Shown piece by piece: positions 12,601 through 26,112 of a DNA stretch of 64,000 nt. A program made the translations under genes and the position numbers. The stretch is taken from the NCBI GenBank assembly GCA_965153455.1, contig OZ234494.1:7998001-8062000 (forward strand), read 5' to 3'. This stretch comes from Sphagnum compactum (Eukaryota). The stretch's first letter is position 1; every line of letters starts with the position of its first letter. Below the pieces are notes generated by a model. It made no database searches and had not been told where the DNA came from. It worked only from the letters and a program-made list of their open reading frames with translations.

Positions 12601-15398
12601 CCATGACTGGTCCTTTTCAACTAGGTTAGTTGTTTATGCCATTCTAGTCAAATTGAACCTGTCACTTATGCCATTTTTAATCATTTATGCCATGTGTAGT
12701 TGTATCAATCTAGTCATGGATGCCATGTTTTGGTGTAGTGGAATGTGTTGTCATGGTTTGTTGTTTTGTTATTGCATAGTTGTGTGAAGAGGAGTTTGAT
12801 GATTTCGACAAGTCCAGGGCCATGGCCATGGCTTTTTTTTCTTTGTTGCGTGCAGAGACACCACCACCACAATTCATCTTCTTTTCATCAGTTGTTGCCT
12901 CCAAAGAATGGTGTTTGGCAGCTGCAACTATTGGTGTGGGTGTTTTAAATTTTCTAGTGCTGGTAAGAAAGTTTAAAATGAACTGTTGGTGGTGGTTTTT
13001 ATTTTGTTTTATGGTTTTTACATTTTAAGGAGATGTAAATTTTTAAAAAAAAGGATTGGTGGAGAAAAACAACAAACCTCAGCTGAATTTGTAGATGGCA
13101 TGGGAGGTGTCATGAATGACGAAGATTTGGAGGGATGGAGATGTAACAATAAGTGAAAGTGAGTGTTGAAGATGTTGGTGCATTGGCTTTAATTGAGATG
13201 AATGAGGAGCAAGCACAAGCAAGTGTTGAGGTTGGAGAAACATCGATAACAAATGTTGTTAGATTGAGTTGACTTGCAATTAAAACTATTGAGATGATAA
13301 TTGAACAAGAAAATGTAACTCCTTTTTTAATGCTAGAGCAAGATAATGAAGATGAGCATGTCATAAAGCATGTTGATATTGATGCAAGTGGCATATTGAA
13401 CTTAACTTATAATCTATTGCCCTACCCATCCTTTCTACCTAAGAGGATGGGTGGGTCTTTTTTTGGCAAATTTGCGATTGCAGTACCTTCATTAATTGTG
13501 GTTTTTAAACTTTTGCCCCACCTTCTTTCTCCATGTGAAAAGGTGGGTGTGGCATTTTTTTTTGTTTAAGTTTCTTGGTAATACCTTAAGGCTTTGTAAG
13601 TGATATTGTTCTTTTTAGGGTTAGCATCATTTAATGCAAATTTCAACACTTGGTTCTAACAATACCCTCATCTTGTGTTTCTATTCTTTTATCTCTTTGT
13701 GCAATCCCTTCATCTTTTCTTTTTGAGCTTTTATCTTCCAATGGAATACCCTCATTGTGTGTTGTAATCTTTTATCTATCTATGCACATTTCTAGGAAAC
13801 ATGGTCCAGCATCGTTACACATTTCCACTCAAATCCAATTTGAATGAAATGGGACTTGCCCCATTCTACTGTTCATGGACTATAGTGAAAGTGACATGAC
13901 AATGTCACCTTCTTGACTATCTAAGTGGGTGGGGTTCGTGTCATTCCACCATACATAGACTATAGTGGAAGGGGGCTTGTGTTAGTATACAATATATCAA
14001 CTTCTTGACTACTTAAGTGGAATGGGGCTTGTGTTAGTATACAACATATCAACTATAGTGAAACGCACCATGATTATGTCATCTTTTAAATTACATAATT
14101 AAGTGGAATGTGACTCATGTCATTCCACCATATAGGCTTATAATGGAAGGCAATTGTGATATTGCCCATTTCTTGGATGTTTGAGTGGAGGATGAATGGG
14201 CATGTTCACCATTGATTATGTACAAAAATAAATTCTAAATATTTAATTTGCTTATATGTATGTCACATGTAATTATAATTACATACTAGATTCTAATGGA
14301 ACTAAATTGAAACCCAAGAAATCTCAAGTGGATGGGATGGACATATGGGCAAGGTGTCATACAAAATGTGCATTATGTGAAATTTTCCATAGTGCCTTAA
14401 GACCATGTGTAATTTACTCGTGAATGTATTTGTACCATGGAGACTCAAGTGATGCATTTGAAGACATTAATCTAGTCATGAAAAATCTAACATGTATATA
14501 TGGATTCAAACATCATAAAATGATTGAAACCACCATAAACACAATTATATTGGTGAAAACATATATGTATATTATTGTTAAATGGGATGGCCATATAACA
14601 TCAGTGCTACCCCAAATGGACGTTAGATTCACCATTGCATTACTACTAAAAGAAATGCAATGTGTTTCGAGTTACTATCACAAAGTTATGCCTTGATAAG
14701 GGGCTATTGTACTCTATGAATAAGACTTTAGCAAGTTAACAAATAAAAGCTAGAAAAATGACATGCAAGGCAATCTATAGTATGTCAAATAGGGTGCGAA
14801 CAACAACCTCTTTTCATTTAGGCCCAAATAAAACCTTTATTTAAAACCAAATCCAAGTACAATTGTAGCCTCCACTACTAAAATCACTTCTATTACTGGA
14901 ACTACCTTGTTGTAGCCATGTGATTCTACCTCAAGTCTTTTTTCCTTCTCTCACAAACATCCACACATACACAAACACAAACATTTCTTTCTCCCCCTCC
15001 TATCTCCAACTCTAGAATCATATTCCTTCAAGTAGCCATGCACCACCAAGGTAAATGGCGGCTAACACACCATTTCGATCCTATTTGTTCTCCACTTTTC
15101 CCTTCAATTACCGCTACTATAGTAATTATGTCCTAAATTAAGGTAGTTAGGTTGCAAACTCAACCTAAATCCCATTTTTCTTGGTTAAACTCAAACTGTA
15201 CCTAACTCCCACATTATAAAACATTTTAACCTACCACTTGATGGATGAATCAAATCAACCACGACCTAGATCAATGGATAGAATGGCTTTTCAAACATTT
15301 AAATTTAGATCTACTTTTGGTAATTTTGCACTATTAAACTACAATAAATAATAAAAAAACTAACCAAGGGTCCAATAATTCTGCCTTTAACAATATGT

Positions 15399-15745
15399 CA
15401 TTCAACCTCTATCACTAGGACCTAGGTCTTATGTCATTCATTTTCTATCACTAGGACTTCAGTCTACATCAATACAGCCCATGTCATTATGTTGTAATAG
15501 ATCACTAGGGCCTATATCATTAAGGTGTAATATTCAACCTCTGCCATTAAGACCTAAGTCTATATCATTATGTCCTCTTTCATTCATCCTCTATCGCTAG
15601 GACATAGGTTTATATCACTATAACATGTGTCATTCAACCTCTATCATTAAGACCTAGGTTTATATCATTAGGTCTTCTTTCATTCATCCTCTATCATTAT
15701 GACATAGGTCTATATCATTACAACATGTGTCACTCAACCTATGTC
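15399..15745. repeat. 50-bp tandem repeat with alternating A/B variants (100-bp higher-order unit)
   Basis: CATTCA[A/T]CCT-type cores at 15531, 15581, 15631, 15681 and 15731 alternate AACC/ATCC. Shorter copies at ~15400 and ~15436. Confidence 0.9.
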
Positions 15746-17134
15746 ACTAAGGTGTAATACATTACCGGTGCCATTAGGGCTTACGCCACATGGGTTTCCT
15801 ACTACATTTGGGCTTAGGGTAATATGTCGTTATGGCCTATGCCAATAAGGCCCATCTCACTCCACCTATGTCACTCAAGTTTACATTTTCACTTGGGTTT
15901 GACCAGTGTTATATGTCATTAAGGCATATGCCAATAAAACCTCACATATGTCATTTATGTCTATGTCATTAAGGCTTGTGTCAATTAGTTTACATTTCAC
16001 TAAGTTTATTTGAGGTTTATGTCATTTAAACCAATTTTATTTCACTCAGGCTTGAGGTCGAATCACTTACAACTAGTCTTAATGCCATAGACTCTACTTG
16101 TCATATATGCTAGCCCTCTATTTTGAAATTTGCTAAAAACATGTTCAAACATGCACATGGACCCTTTAGATCAAATGGTACCTTTGATATTCATGCCTAC
16201 ACATTACACCTCTTCTTCCACCTTATGTGTTGCTCCTTTGAACCCCAATCAATCACAACATGTAATGACATTTTAGAACTTCCCACAACAAGACATTAAA
16301 TATTGAACCTTGGGATGAAATTCCAAGTCTTATGAATTCAAAACTTTATAATGTTATGTGGACATGTGAATGTGCATAATTTGTAATAAGCTAACAATTC
16401 CCATTAAACAATCTGGTTACATCATCTACAATTACAATTCCATGAAACATGTTAATGGCATTTACCTTAAAGTTACAAGATCCTATACCTTTCCATGAAT
16501 GACACACATACTTGAACTTTCTCAATTGGCATTTGGAGTCCAAAGGTAATGAACATTTGCATCCCACATTTGTATGGGATAATTCTCCATATGTGCACCT
16601 AGGATCATTTGTATGTTGTGAGCCATGGATTATAGCTCAACAAATAGTTAAACTTTAGTTCCATAAATTTCCTTAGTACTAATGATTTGAATGCTTATAA
16701 ACCTTCAAGTAGTGATTATTAATAGTTGAATTAGCTTTTGTGATATTTCTAGGCATAGAGTACTCTTTATTTCAGTTGATGTAACGCTTAATTAGTTTAG
16801 GACCTAGTAAACCTTTAAAAGTGCATTGTCCTTTTTTATGTTGTGGAGAAGGGAAAAGGGATGTAAAATTAGATGGGATTTATTGATATATTGGGAATAC
16901 AAGCCCATAATTAACAATAACATTTCACCATGACAATGTTAAGTTAGTCTATAGAATGACCTTCAAGCACTAATGATGTACTTGTAAGATTTTAGGATGT
17001 AGTCCTATTACATCTTTATTTAGTTCTCACTCTATCAGATTCTTAAATACAATCAAAATCAAGCTTAAGTATTAACATTTCCGCCTGAGTAGCCTCAGGT
17101 GAATTACAACTGAATAACTGACTTAAAGGATAGA

Positions 17135-17548
17135 TCACAGTTGTAAAAAATCTAGGATGCGGCGAATGGTGCAAGCGAGGTACTCGGCTCGATGCTCCAG
17201 GGGAAGTGGGTTGATCGGGCCTCGTAGCCAACGATAATGGCCATCACCGGGAACCCACGTTCGACAATGGAGATGGACATCATCATCTTCGCACTGGCAC
17301 TTTTCAAACCTTTCTGGCGCGGCTCCACGAGCAGGAACAAACTCTAAATAAATTGCTAAAGCATGTGGGTTAGGAGACAATCGACGATCCCATACTGAAC
17401 GATCGACTCGAGTGCGCACCACTCTCCTGGGCGGTTCTTCTTCGCGCGGCCGTTGAGAAACATTCAAGTCGAGCGATGCTTCTTCAAGCTCTTCTTGTTG
17501 TACGGGTGCGACTGGAGGATTTGAAGGCGTAGCGTCATCGTCCGCCAT
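17135..17548 (-). CDS. Orphan 137-aa protein (acidic/Pro-rich N-terminus, CxC-x5-HxHC cluster) inside the inverted-arm element
   Basis: Uninterrupted, GC/CpG-rich ORF in AT-rich surroundings. ATG at 17548 has good context (GTCATGG), with a pyrimidine tract and CAG acceptor just upstream (17561) and an A/T-rich TAAATAAAAA box near 17630. No family recognised. Confidence 0.5.
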   Translation of the reverse strand: MADDDATPSNPPVAPVQQEELEEASLDLNVSQRPREEEPPRRVVRTRVDRSVWDRRLSPNPHALAIYLEFVPARGAAPERFEKCQCEDDDVHLHCRTWVPGDGHYRWLRGPINPLPLEHRAEYLACTIRRILDFLQL

Positions 17549-18460
17549 GACTAATTGCACCTGCATCAACAAAAACCAAGAAGGTAGTACAAACAAGGTG
17601 GTACTTGCGTTCAAAAGGGGTCGAGGCCTTTTTATTTAACAAATTAGGGTAGGCGTAAGGTGTGGGAGTGACGGCAGAACCTCATGAAAACTCGAACACC
17701 CTAGATCTAAGGGATTCATCAAACCCTAAATTCAACGGTGGATCTAGAAGTATGTGAGAGTTTTTTTTTTGTGATGCAAATTGTAATTCCAATTTATTAT
17801 GTACTACATAGTTAATTAGTGCATAGTAAAGTAAATAGGTAGGGAATATCAAAGGAGTAAATGTTACACGGAAATGTTACTTCAACCATTGAATTAGTTA
17901 AGTAAGAACTCAAGGACTCTTCTTTGTTACTACCGATAAATTATCCTAGTAGTTAATTACTTGAAGTAATTAGGATGAAGAAGTAGGATGTGAGGGTCAA
18001 CGGACGGAAAGATAAGGATCAAGCTCAAGAGACCTCATCAAAATATCCAAGATAAGGGGGAGGTTGGATCCTCCAATCCCATTAGTCATGAAGATTGTCA
18101 TCCTCTTTGATTGGAGGATGGAATATCTTTTGTGTTTCATTGGGCCCAAGGATTCTCATCCTAATTTCAATTGGATGGCAATTCATTCTCAAATTCTCAT
18201 TGGCCCTTGAAGGATGAGGAGGCCATTGATTGGTGCAAAAGGATTTCGAAGCTTTCATTGGACAAGGGGAACAAGCTCAAGGAAGGTCATGGAGGCTTGC
18301 CAAAGAGAGGACTTTTTGTGTATGTGAAAAAGAAATAAAAAGAAGGAAGGAGAATGAGTGTGAGGAAGATTATTTTTTAGTTCTTATGTGTGGAGAGGTG
18401 CTCATGGGAAGTGTGTGTGTAAGGATTAAGCATGAAAGGAACTTGTGTAGCAAGTGCTTG

Positions 18461-18832
18461 TGGCAAAGCCTCTGGACTTTTGGTTCAATTAGTTGTTTCT
18501 CTCAAATCCACCGTTGGATTTGTGTCAAATTTGAATCAGTTTTAGCTTAGAAGGTGTAGAAGGCCCTCCCAAAAATTCAGCTTGATCGGGCTTTTTGTAA
18601 GGGAGCTACGCGGGTTGGAAGTAGAGGGGGTTGTAGTGGGGTTCATGGAATGATTTCCATGGCAAAGCCTCTGGACTTTTGGTTCAATTAGTTGTTTCTC
18701 TCAAATCCACCGTTGGATTTGTGTCAAATTTGAACCAGTTTTAGCTTAGAAGGTGTAAAAGGCCCTCCCAAAAATTCGGCTTGATCGGGCTTTTTGTAAG
18801 GGAGCTACATTAGTTGGAAGTAGAGGGGGTTG
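18461..18832. repeat. Near-identical direct duplication, period 199 bp
   Basis: TGGCAAAGCCTCTGGAC...GTAGAGGGGGTTG at 18461-18633 and 18660-18832, with only a few substitutions. Confidence 0.95.
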
Positions 18833-19819
18833 AATTATCTGTTTTTTCCTCAAACTAGGCAAGTGGCTCCTAGCTCCGAGGCTTAACTCTTGATCAAAAA
18901 CATAAAATAAAAACTTATGAAATTTGTTTAAACATGGCTCCTTTTATATTAGCTTCCAACTCCAATGCATGTTAGATTAGGATGTTGTATGTAGTTGTTA
19001 TGACGAACGGAATGGAAGGTTTCAAACCATCGAACATGACATTGAAATGAACATCAACATACGGCTCCTCAATATTCCATCATGATGAGTTACAATTCCC
19101 TCACGATGTTTTGTAGCTTCAATTTGGACACAACACATTAGATTTTTGGTGAATTTCATTACTTACCTCGAACCACCTTACTTGTTAGACTACACTACAT
19201 AGTAGTTCCACTTCCAACCGGGTTTTTATTGTGAGTGCATATCTTAGTGATGAAGGTGTGCAATAATTCCTCACATATGTCACTTGTGTCAAAACAATAA
19301 GATTTATGTTCATTTCCATATGTTTAACAACACCTTGCAACACATATTACACTAGGTTGGTGCATGGAATAATTTTATAGGAGTGACCTCTAAAGTCATT
19401 AATAATGTCATATCTAGGATAAAATCATCATTAATCCCACCACTTAATATTGAACATGGCCCTTACTACACCCTACCATGATAAATGATAGTGTCAATCA
19501 ATCTATAAAATTAAAGTGTGAAAATTATAATATGCCAAACATTAAACCAAAATATCAATAAGGGGGAAATGGAAATGCCAAATTGACCATTCCATTCGTT
19601 TATATCCTAAAGAATGATTCCCTAGGGCTTGTAGCTAGTGGTTTTGGCATGCATGGTGGTTGTGCAATGATGTGTCCTTTGCCATAGGACCTCAACACTA
19701 GGAACATCCAAAACCACTACCAAACCACTATAGTGGGATAGGTGCATTCCACTCAAAATTTGAGTTGAATGGTTAGTGATTGGGATCACTTCCACTAGTA
19801 GGGCAGGGGTGCATTAATT

Positions 19820-20862
19820 TTAAAATCCTAATTTTTTGAAGTTTCATACCTTGTAAATGGTGTTGGTAACATTTGCTTCTTATTGCTTTGTGTGCCACAA
19901 ATGTGCCACTTCCTCTTGAGGTGCAACATTATATATACAATCAAATAATAGGTAAAATAAAATAAAATAACACATCAATATCTAATACTCTACCTTAAAA
20001 AAAAAATAGTAACATTACATTAACAAGCATAACAATGGTTGCATTTCCTAGTTTGGTTGTTTAGGCCAAAGAAGAGGTGGTTTGATTAGTGAACATTTGA
20101 TTTAAGTTCATTTTCAGATGCATTTGAAACAACACATTGCAACACATACATTAGGTTGGTGCATGGAATAAGGACATATTAAAATTTATCCCAATCATTT
20201 AAAGTTGCATACCTTGTAAATGACCAAATTCTAACATTTGTTTTTGATTCCTTGATGTGCCACATATTTGCCACTTCCTCTTGAAGTGCAACATTATGAG
20301 TAAAATCTACAAAGAGGTCAAAACAACATAATAACAACAATAACAACATCAATATCTGGTATTTTAATTTACAAAATAAAGTAATAACATTACATTAGCA
20401 TGTGTATCAATGGCTACTTTTTACTGATTTGGTTGTTTGGGGCAAAGAAGAAGTGGTTTGATTAATGAACACTCAATTTATGTTCATCTTCAGATTCTTC
20501 GATAACACATTGTGCAACATATACATATTATGTTTGTGCATGGTATAAGAACATACTAAAATTCATCCCAATTGTTTTAAGTTGCATACCTTGTAAATGA
20601 CCAAATGCCAACATTTGCTTTTGATTCTTTTGTGTGCCACAAATCTACCACTTCTTTTTGAGGTGAAACATTATAAGTAGAATTTACAAATATGTGAAAA
20701 CAACTTAATAACAACAATGACAACAGCAATACCCAATATTTAACTTACAAAATAAAGTAATCTCATTACATTAGCAAGTGTAGCAATGGCTACCTTATTT
20801 GGTTTTTTAGGGCAAAGAAAAAGGTGGTTTGACTACTGAACATTTGATTTAAGTTCATTTAT
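19820..20862. repeat. Three diverged tandem copies of a ~365-380 bp unit
   Basis: AAGTT[T/G]CATACCTTGTAAATG at ~19839, ~20202 and ~20579, with collinear GCCAC...CTTGA, ACATTACATTA and CAAAGAA..GTGGTTTGA blocks. A partial copy lies at ~19300-19372. Confidence 0.9.
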
Positions 20863-22199
20863 TCAATTTTTTTGAAAAGGTGGTTGAAAAGGTGAATTTT
20901 TTTTAATAATTTCATTAAGCATGCATATAACAATGTGCAAAAATGTATTTTTAACCATTAACACAAGATGGTGTAAAATGAAAATAAAATGCCTTAAACA
21001 AAAAAATATGGGTGACGTGTTACAAAAATGTGCCAAAAATGCCCAAGTCCAAAACAACCCCACCTCAAAATGGGGAACATGTCATAATGGTAAATATGTG
21101 ATTGCCTCAAAAATAAATTGTTATCTTAACATCTTGAAGTCCAAAACAACATCTTAATCAAAATGGGGATAAATTATGGGTTATCTATGTCAACACTAGA
21201 GGGGGATGGGATCCCATTGGCCTTCTTATATCGCACTGATGTAACCTTTGCATCTTGGGCATGTCGATACATAAAAATATTTTGCAATTAACCAATGTTA
21301 CCTACATAGCATTGGCCAAAAACACCTCCTTAATGTTGCCTCCAACCTTAAAATAAACAACACAATATAATAATATTACATATAAAACCTAAAACTTGAA
21401 ATTCAAATAAAATGGAATATGGCATTGTTAGAATTTACCAACCATGAATCATTTTTTATTCATGATATTGCGTAAGAAGGCCAATCTCCTTATGTCACAT
21501 CGTTTCATTAGATGCAGACTTCAAGTTTTGTTCCATCCAAACACTCAAATTGCATACTTGGTTCGAATCGTTCAAATCACAACTTCAAGGTCCTCATCAC
21601 ATTCTAGCTTGGCTTGCATGTTGAAATGGATAGACCCCACACCCCATGTAATCATGCCAATAAATTAAAGAATGTGGTTAGAAGCTAGTTTAATAATTGT
21701 AGGCTTAGGAACCTTAGGTGTGTATTGTAAAACAACTTGGAGTCTATCCCATTTTATGTTTATGTGCCTCTTAGCCTTAGCAATTGCCTTTTGTTCATTG
21801 TGATCAAATTGGGCCAAAAGGTTGCTTAAGACCCGCACATTCATGGCCGTGTGATTTTGATGCTTCAAGCCCTTTTCTCGAGTAGATGGGCATCCGGGCT
21901 TGCCTAGTTCCATAATCACATTGTGTTGCACTCACAAATGCCATACCAAATTGTACTTGGTGGTGTAGGTCACATTGCACCCATGAACTTTACAAGCAAA
22001 TTTTGCACCATCCTTTGCCCAATGTACACCCTCTAGGGCAATTGGGGGTTGGACAACCACATCTGAAACCAAAATAACAAAAGAAAAAAAACCTAATGTG
22101 AGAATTAACATTCTGGATGAAAGTTAGCTCATACATGATGAAGGTATTGCATAGTAAGATAAAAGATAAAAAGAAAGGATGAGGGTAATGCATAAAAAG

Positions 22200-24398
22200 A
22201 TCAAAGATCAAAGATCAAATGGTAAAGATGAGGGTATTGCACAAAGAGATAAAAGATTATAAACACAACCTCATATTGCAAGAAACTAGTGTTCAAAATT
22301 GAACAAAATGAAGCTAATCCTAGAATAAACAATACGACTTACAAAGCCTTGAGGTATTGCCTAGAAACTTTGAACCAAAAAGATGCCCCACCCACCCTAT
22401 CACATGGAAAAGGAAGGTGGGGCAAAGGTTTAAAAAACACAATTAATGAAGGTATCGCAATCACAAATATGACAAAAAAAAACCCCACCCATCCTCTCCA
22501 CTTGAAAGGATGGATGGGGCAATAAATTACAATAAATGAAGTTCAATATGTCACCTCCATCATTATGTGCATGAGGTTCAACATCCTCATGTTTGTATTT
22601 TTTTATTCTAACACTAGAGTAGGAACTACATTTTCTTATTCCTTTATCATCAAAATAGTTTTCTCCAAATCCACCACAATTCTATCAACATCTCCCATAG
22701 ATGTTTCCCCAATGTCTTCACCCATTTGCAATTACTCCTCAAATAATCTCATTTGGAGCCAATGCAACCACATCTTCAACACCTTCTTATGCTTACTATC
22801 CCATCACCCCTACATTTAAATCTCCTTCATTCAGGATACCTCCCATGCCATTTGTAGATTCAGCTAAGGTTATTAATTTGTTGCACCATTCTTTGTTTTC
22901 TTTTGAGTTTGCATCTAACAAAAAACATTAACAACACAAAAATAAATAAAAAATTGTAGCAAAAAAACAAAACTAGCACCAACGCAACTAGCACCAACAC
23001 TAGCACTAACATTACACCAACAACCAAAATCATTGTTTTTCATCCTCCTTGTGCTTGTAAAACAATGCCACAACAATGTTGAATAATGTAGTTATTCATT
23101 GTCGATATTTCACACTTGTAAGATCACACTAAAATGACAATGAGCAGCGCAGTTGGTCGTCATCATTTTTTCGCTTTTACAAAACCACACCACAATGACA
23201 ATGAGCAACATAGCTGCTCATCGTCATTTTTTTCGTTTACAAGACCACACCAAAATGACAACGAGGAACTACACCGCTTGTCATTGTTTTTTGGGTCTTG
23301 CAAAACCACCCTACAATGAAGACAAGCATGTAATTGCTCATTGTTGTTTTTTCGCGCCTACAAAACAACAAAAGACCATAAGAAGAGGACAACAATGACA
23401 CCGTTGTCATCGTTTTCTTATGGTTTGTTATTATGAAAAGGATGACAAACCTGTCATTGTCATCATCTTCGTAGTAGAAGAGTAGAAGAAGAAAACAACA
23501 ATAGTGCACGTCATCATTGTTTTCTTCACAACAAAAGGCCATAAGAAGAAGATGGCGACAATGCAGTCATTGTCCTCTTCACAATAGAAGAACATAAAAA
23601 GAAATCGACAACAACGTGCACCGTTGTCATCTTCTTTGCAACAAAAAAACATAAGAAGTGGACAACGATGGTGTCGTCGTTGTCCTCTTCATTGTAGAAG
23701 AACAGAGGAAGACAATGACAACATGTGCTGTCATCGTTTTTTCACAATAGAAAACCATATGAAGAGGATGATGACAAGCCTAACTCATCATCGTCTCTCT
23801 AGGCAAGAATAGTAAAAGAGAAGAAGAGGACAAATGTCAGGCTTTTCGCAACAAAAAAACCAAAAAAAAAAAAAAAAAAGATGGAGGAGAAGGGAGCTTA
23901 CCTTCAAGCTCCCACTTTTGCCACCACCTTGAAGCTTTGTGCGCCTCCTAAGCTTTGTCCACATTCCTAAGCTCTGGACCTTGAACCCTAGTCAAAGCTC
24001 GGAGCTACTCAAGCTCTCCCTAGTTTGCAAGCTCTAACAATGGAGATGAGTGCAAAAGGAGGTGGGTGGGGAGAAGTCGGCAGGATGAGAGGGTAGGTGG
24101 ATTGATTGGAAGAAGGGCAGTAGGTAGGTTGGGGGTAGGCAAGAGCCTCCCCAAAAAAAACTTGGGGTCGAGAGTGAGGGAAAAAAAACTGATTAAAAAA
24201 ACTTTCCCCAGAAAGAAAAAAACTGAGCTAGGAAAAAAAATCTAGCTGGGAAAAAAAAGGCCCAGAAAAAAAAAAAAATACTGACAAAGTAAACTGACCC
24301 CTGGGGGACAGTTTCATCCCATCCATGAAATCCCAGAATGGGATTTTTTGGATGATGCACTGGTGGGTGCTGGGTCACTCAAGCCCTCAGGTGCTATT
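22200..24398 (-). repeat. Right inverted arm homologous to 10628-13730
   Basis: Shared inverted anchors include AAGGTAAGCTCCC, ATGGCATGGGAGGT, GAGGATGGGTGGG, AAGGCTTTGTAAGT and TTATCTCTTTGTGCAAT. Confidence 0.85.
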
Positions 24399-24706
24399 CT
24401 TGCACCACCAAAAACTTTTAACATGAAAACATTCTAGCTTCATCTCTTAGGAATAAATCACCAAAAAAATGCATGCAAATGTGACGAAATATAGAGATAA
24501 CTAAAGAAAAGCTTAACACAGTACACGACAAGAAACACCTTGTTCCTTGGGGAAAGCTATACAAAGAAAGAGTACCGTGCACAGGGTACAAATTGCGGAA
24601 ATCAGGAAATCCCATTTTTTGGGGGAAATCTGTTCTACCTATTATATTCTAAACATGAACCACTCATTCATGCTAAAACAAGATAGTGCAGATTTCTAGT
24701 AGCTTA

Positions 24707-25086
24707 GGCTCACTTCACACTAGGAGTCAGGGCCAATGTTCAACCCAAATCAAACATTCCTATTGGTGCAAAAGTTGAAATCAGCCCCAAGGGCTTTACT
24801 CTAGGAGTCAAGGCTGAACTAGGAAAAATCTTTTCAATCAGCCCAAAGTTACTAATAAATGCTGAACTTTATGGCCTTGTATTGGCCCCAAGGCTGGAAA
24901 AAGGATATTATTGAATTTGGGAGGCCAATTTGAAACCCTTGGGGCCAATGTTCGACCATTTATTAATATCTTGACTTACATCTATGTTCTAGCATTTATT
25001 AGTAATTTGGGGGCAAACAACAAGCCAAATATGTTCAAAGTTGGCCCCAAGTTTTTTGGGCCCTGACTCCTATTGTAAAGCGGGCC
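24707..25086. mobile_element. ~380-bp MITE, PIF/Harbinger(Tourist)-like
   Basis: 28-bp TIRs: GGCTCACTTCACACTAGGAGTCAGGGCC versus reverse complement GGCCCGCTTTACAATAGGAGTCAGGGCC (4 mismatches). Left flank is TTA but right flank is TGC, so the TSD is not preserved. Confidence 0.7.
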
Positions 25087-26112
25087 TGCTTTGCCTAAAG
25101 ACATGGCCCCAAAAAATGAACTTTTGACCATAGTTTTGCCATCTCCCCCCTAAACCCCTTCTCCACTTTTTTTCCCTTGAGGAAACTTCAGTGTATTTTG
25201 GGTTTAAAAGTAAAAGGAGAATATAGTACATATTGGTGTCAGCAAGTAGAAACAAAAAAAACCTTAAGAGTGAGTGAAAGCAAGATTTTTACAAAAAAAC
25301 ACAAACAGAAAAAAATTGTATGTCTTTGTTCAGATCTTGTGTAGGACCCATATTTTGAAACTTGCTTCAAGAAAGTAATCCAATTGTTCGCTTTAAGAAA
25401 GTAATTCAATTGTTCACTTTATCTTGCTTACACTCAAATGACATAAATAAATCCCAAAGTTCATCTCGCATGCATACTCGTGAAGTATGATGATTTGTAT
25501 TTTGAGACCAGTTTCAAAAATCTAACCCTAAATGGGATAGATATATTGCTTTGTGAACTGTTTTCCAATCACCTCAAGAAGTCTAGTAAGCTTGAGAATT
25601 CTCAAGCACCTGGGAGAAATTTGAAATTAGGGTTTAGACCCCTTTTTCCAGCTACTTTTTTTTTTTGCAGTCCTCCTAAGCTAGCTAGAAGAAATCAGTG
25701 CATATCTTAATATATGATTCAAAAGGGTGCACAATAATAGCAAACTCAAAGAATCTAAATGACAAGAAAAGAAAAGAAAGGATGCATATGATTAAGTAGA
25801 CTCTGAACCTCTGAATCAATCAGAGCAGAAATTTTGGTCACTAAATTTGTGATCAATTAATTAAGCAATTCTTACCTCTAAACTAAACAAAGCACACAAA
25901 GATTTTTGTGAAGAAATATATAATCTTGTCTCTGAACTAATTATAATTAGCAGAAAAGAAAAGCTTGCAGCACAACAACAGGTTCTAATGGGGACTCCAG
26001 GTCCTGTTGAGCGAGTTGTAATTCGGACTTGTTGAAACACTGTTGAGGGAGGGAGCTGTTATGTGGACTTTGAGTACTGTGGCGTAGTACTAGTTAAGTG
26101 GGCTAAGTCGAC

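Larger units (their letters stand above)
10628..24398. mobile_element. Putative large non-autonomous foldback-like DNA element with multi-kb inverted arms (alternatively two inverted copies of one repeat family)
   Basis: 10641-10750 is the near-exact reverse complement of ~24277-24386 (about 8 differences by eye), with outer AATAGCAC/GTGCTATT. Looser inverted homology continues to ~13730 and ~22200. No transposase recognised and no unambiguous TSD. Confidence 0.6.

Noticed and set aside
11073-13028. Dense cluster of overlapping short ORFs (also 23134-23812)
   Set aside because: By-products of the low-complexity degenerate tandem array.
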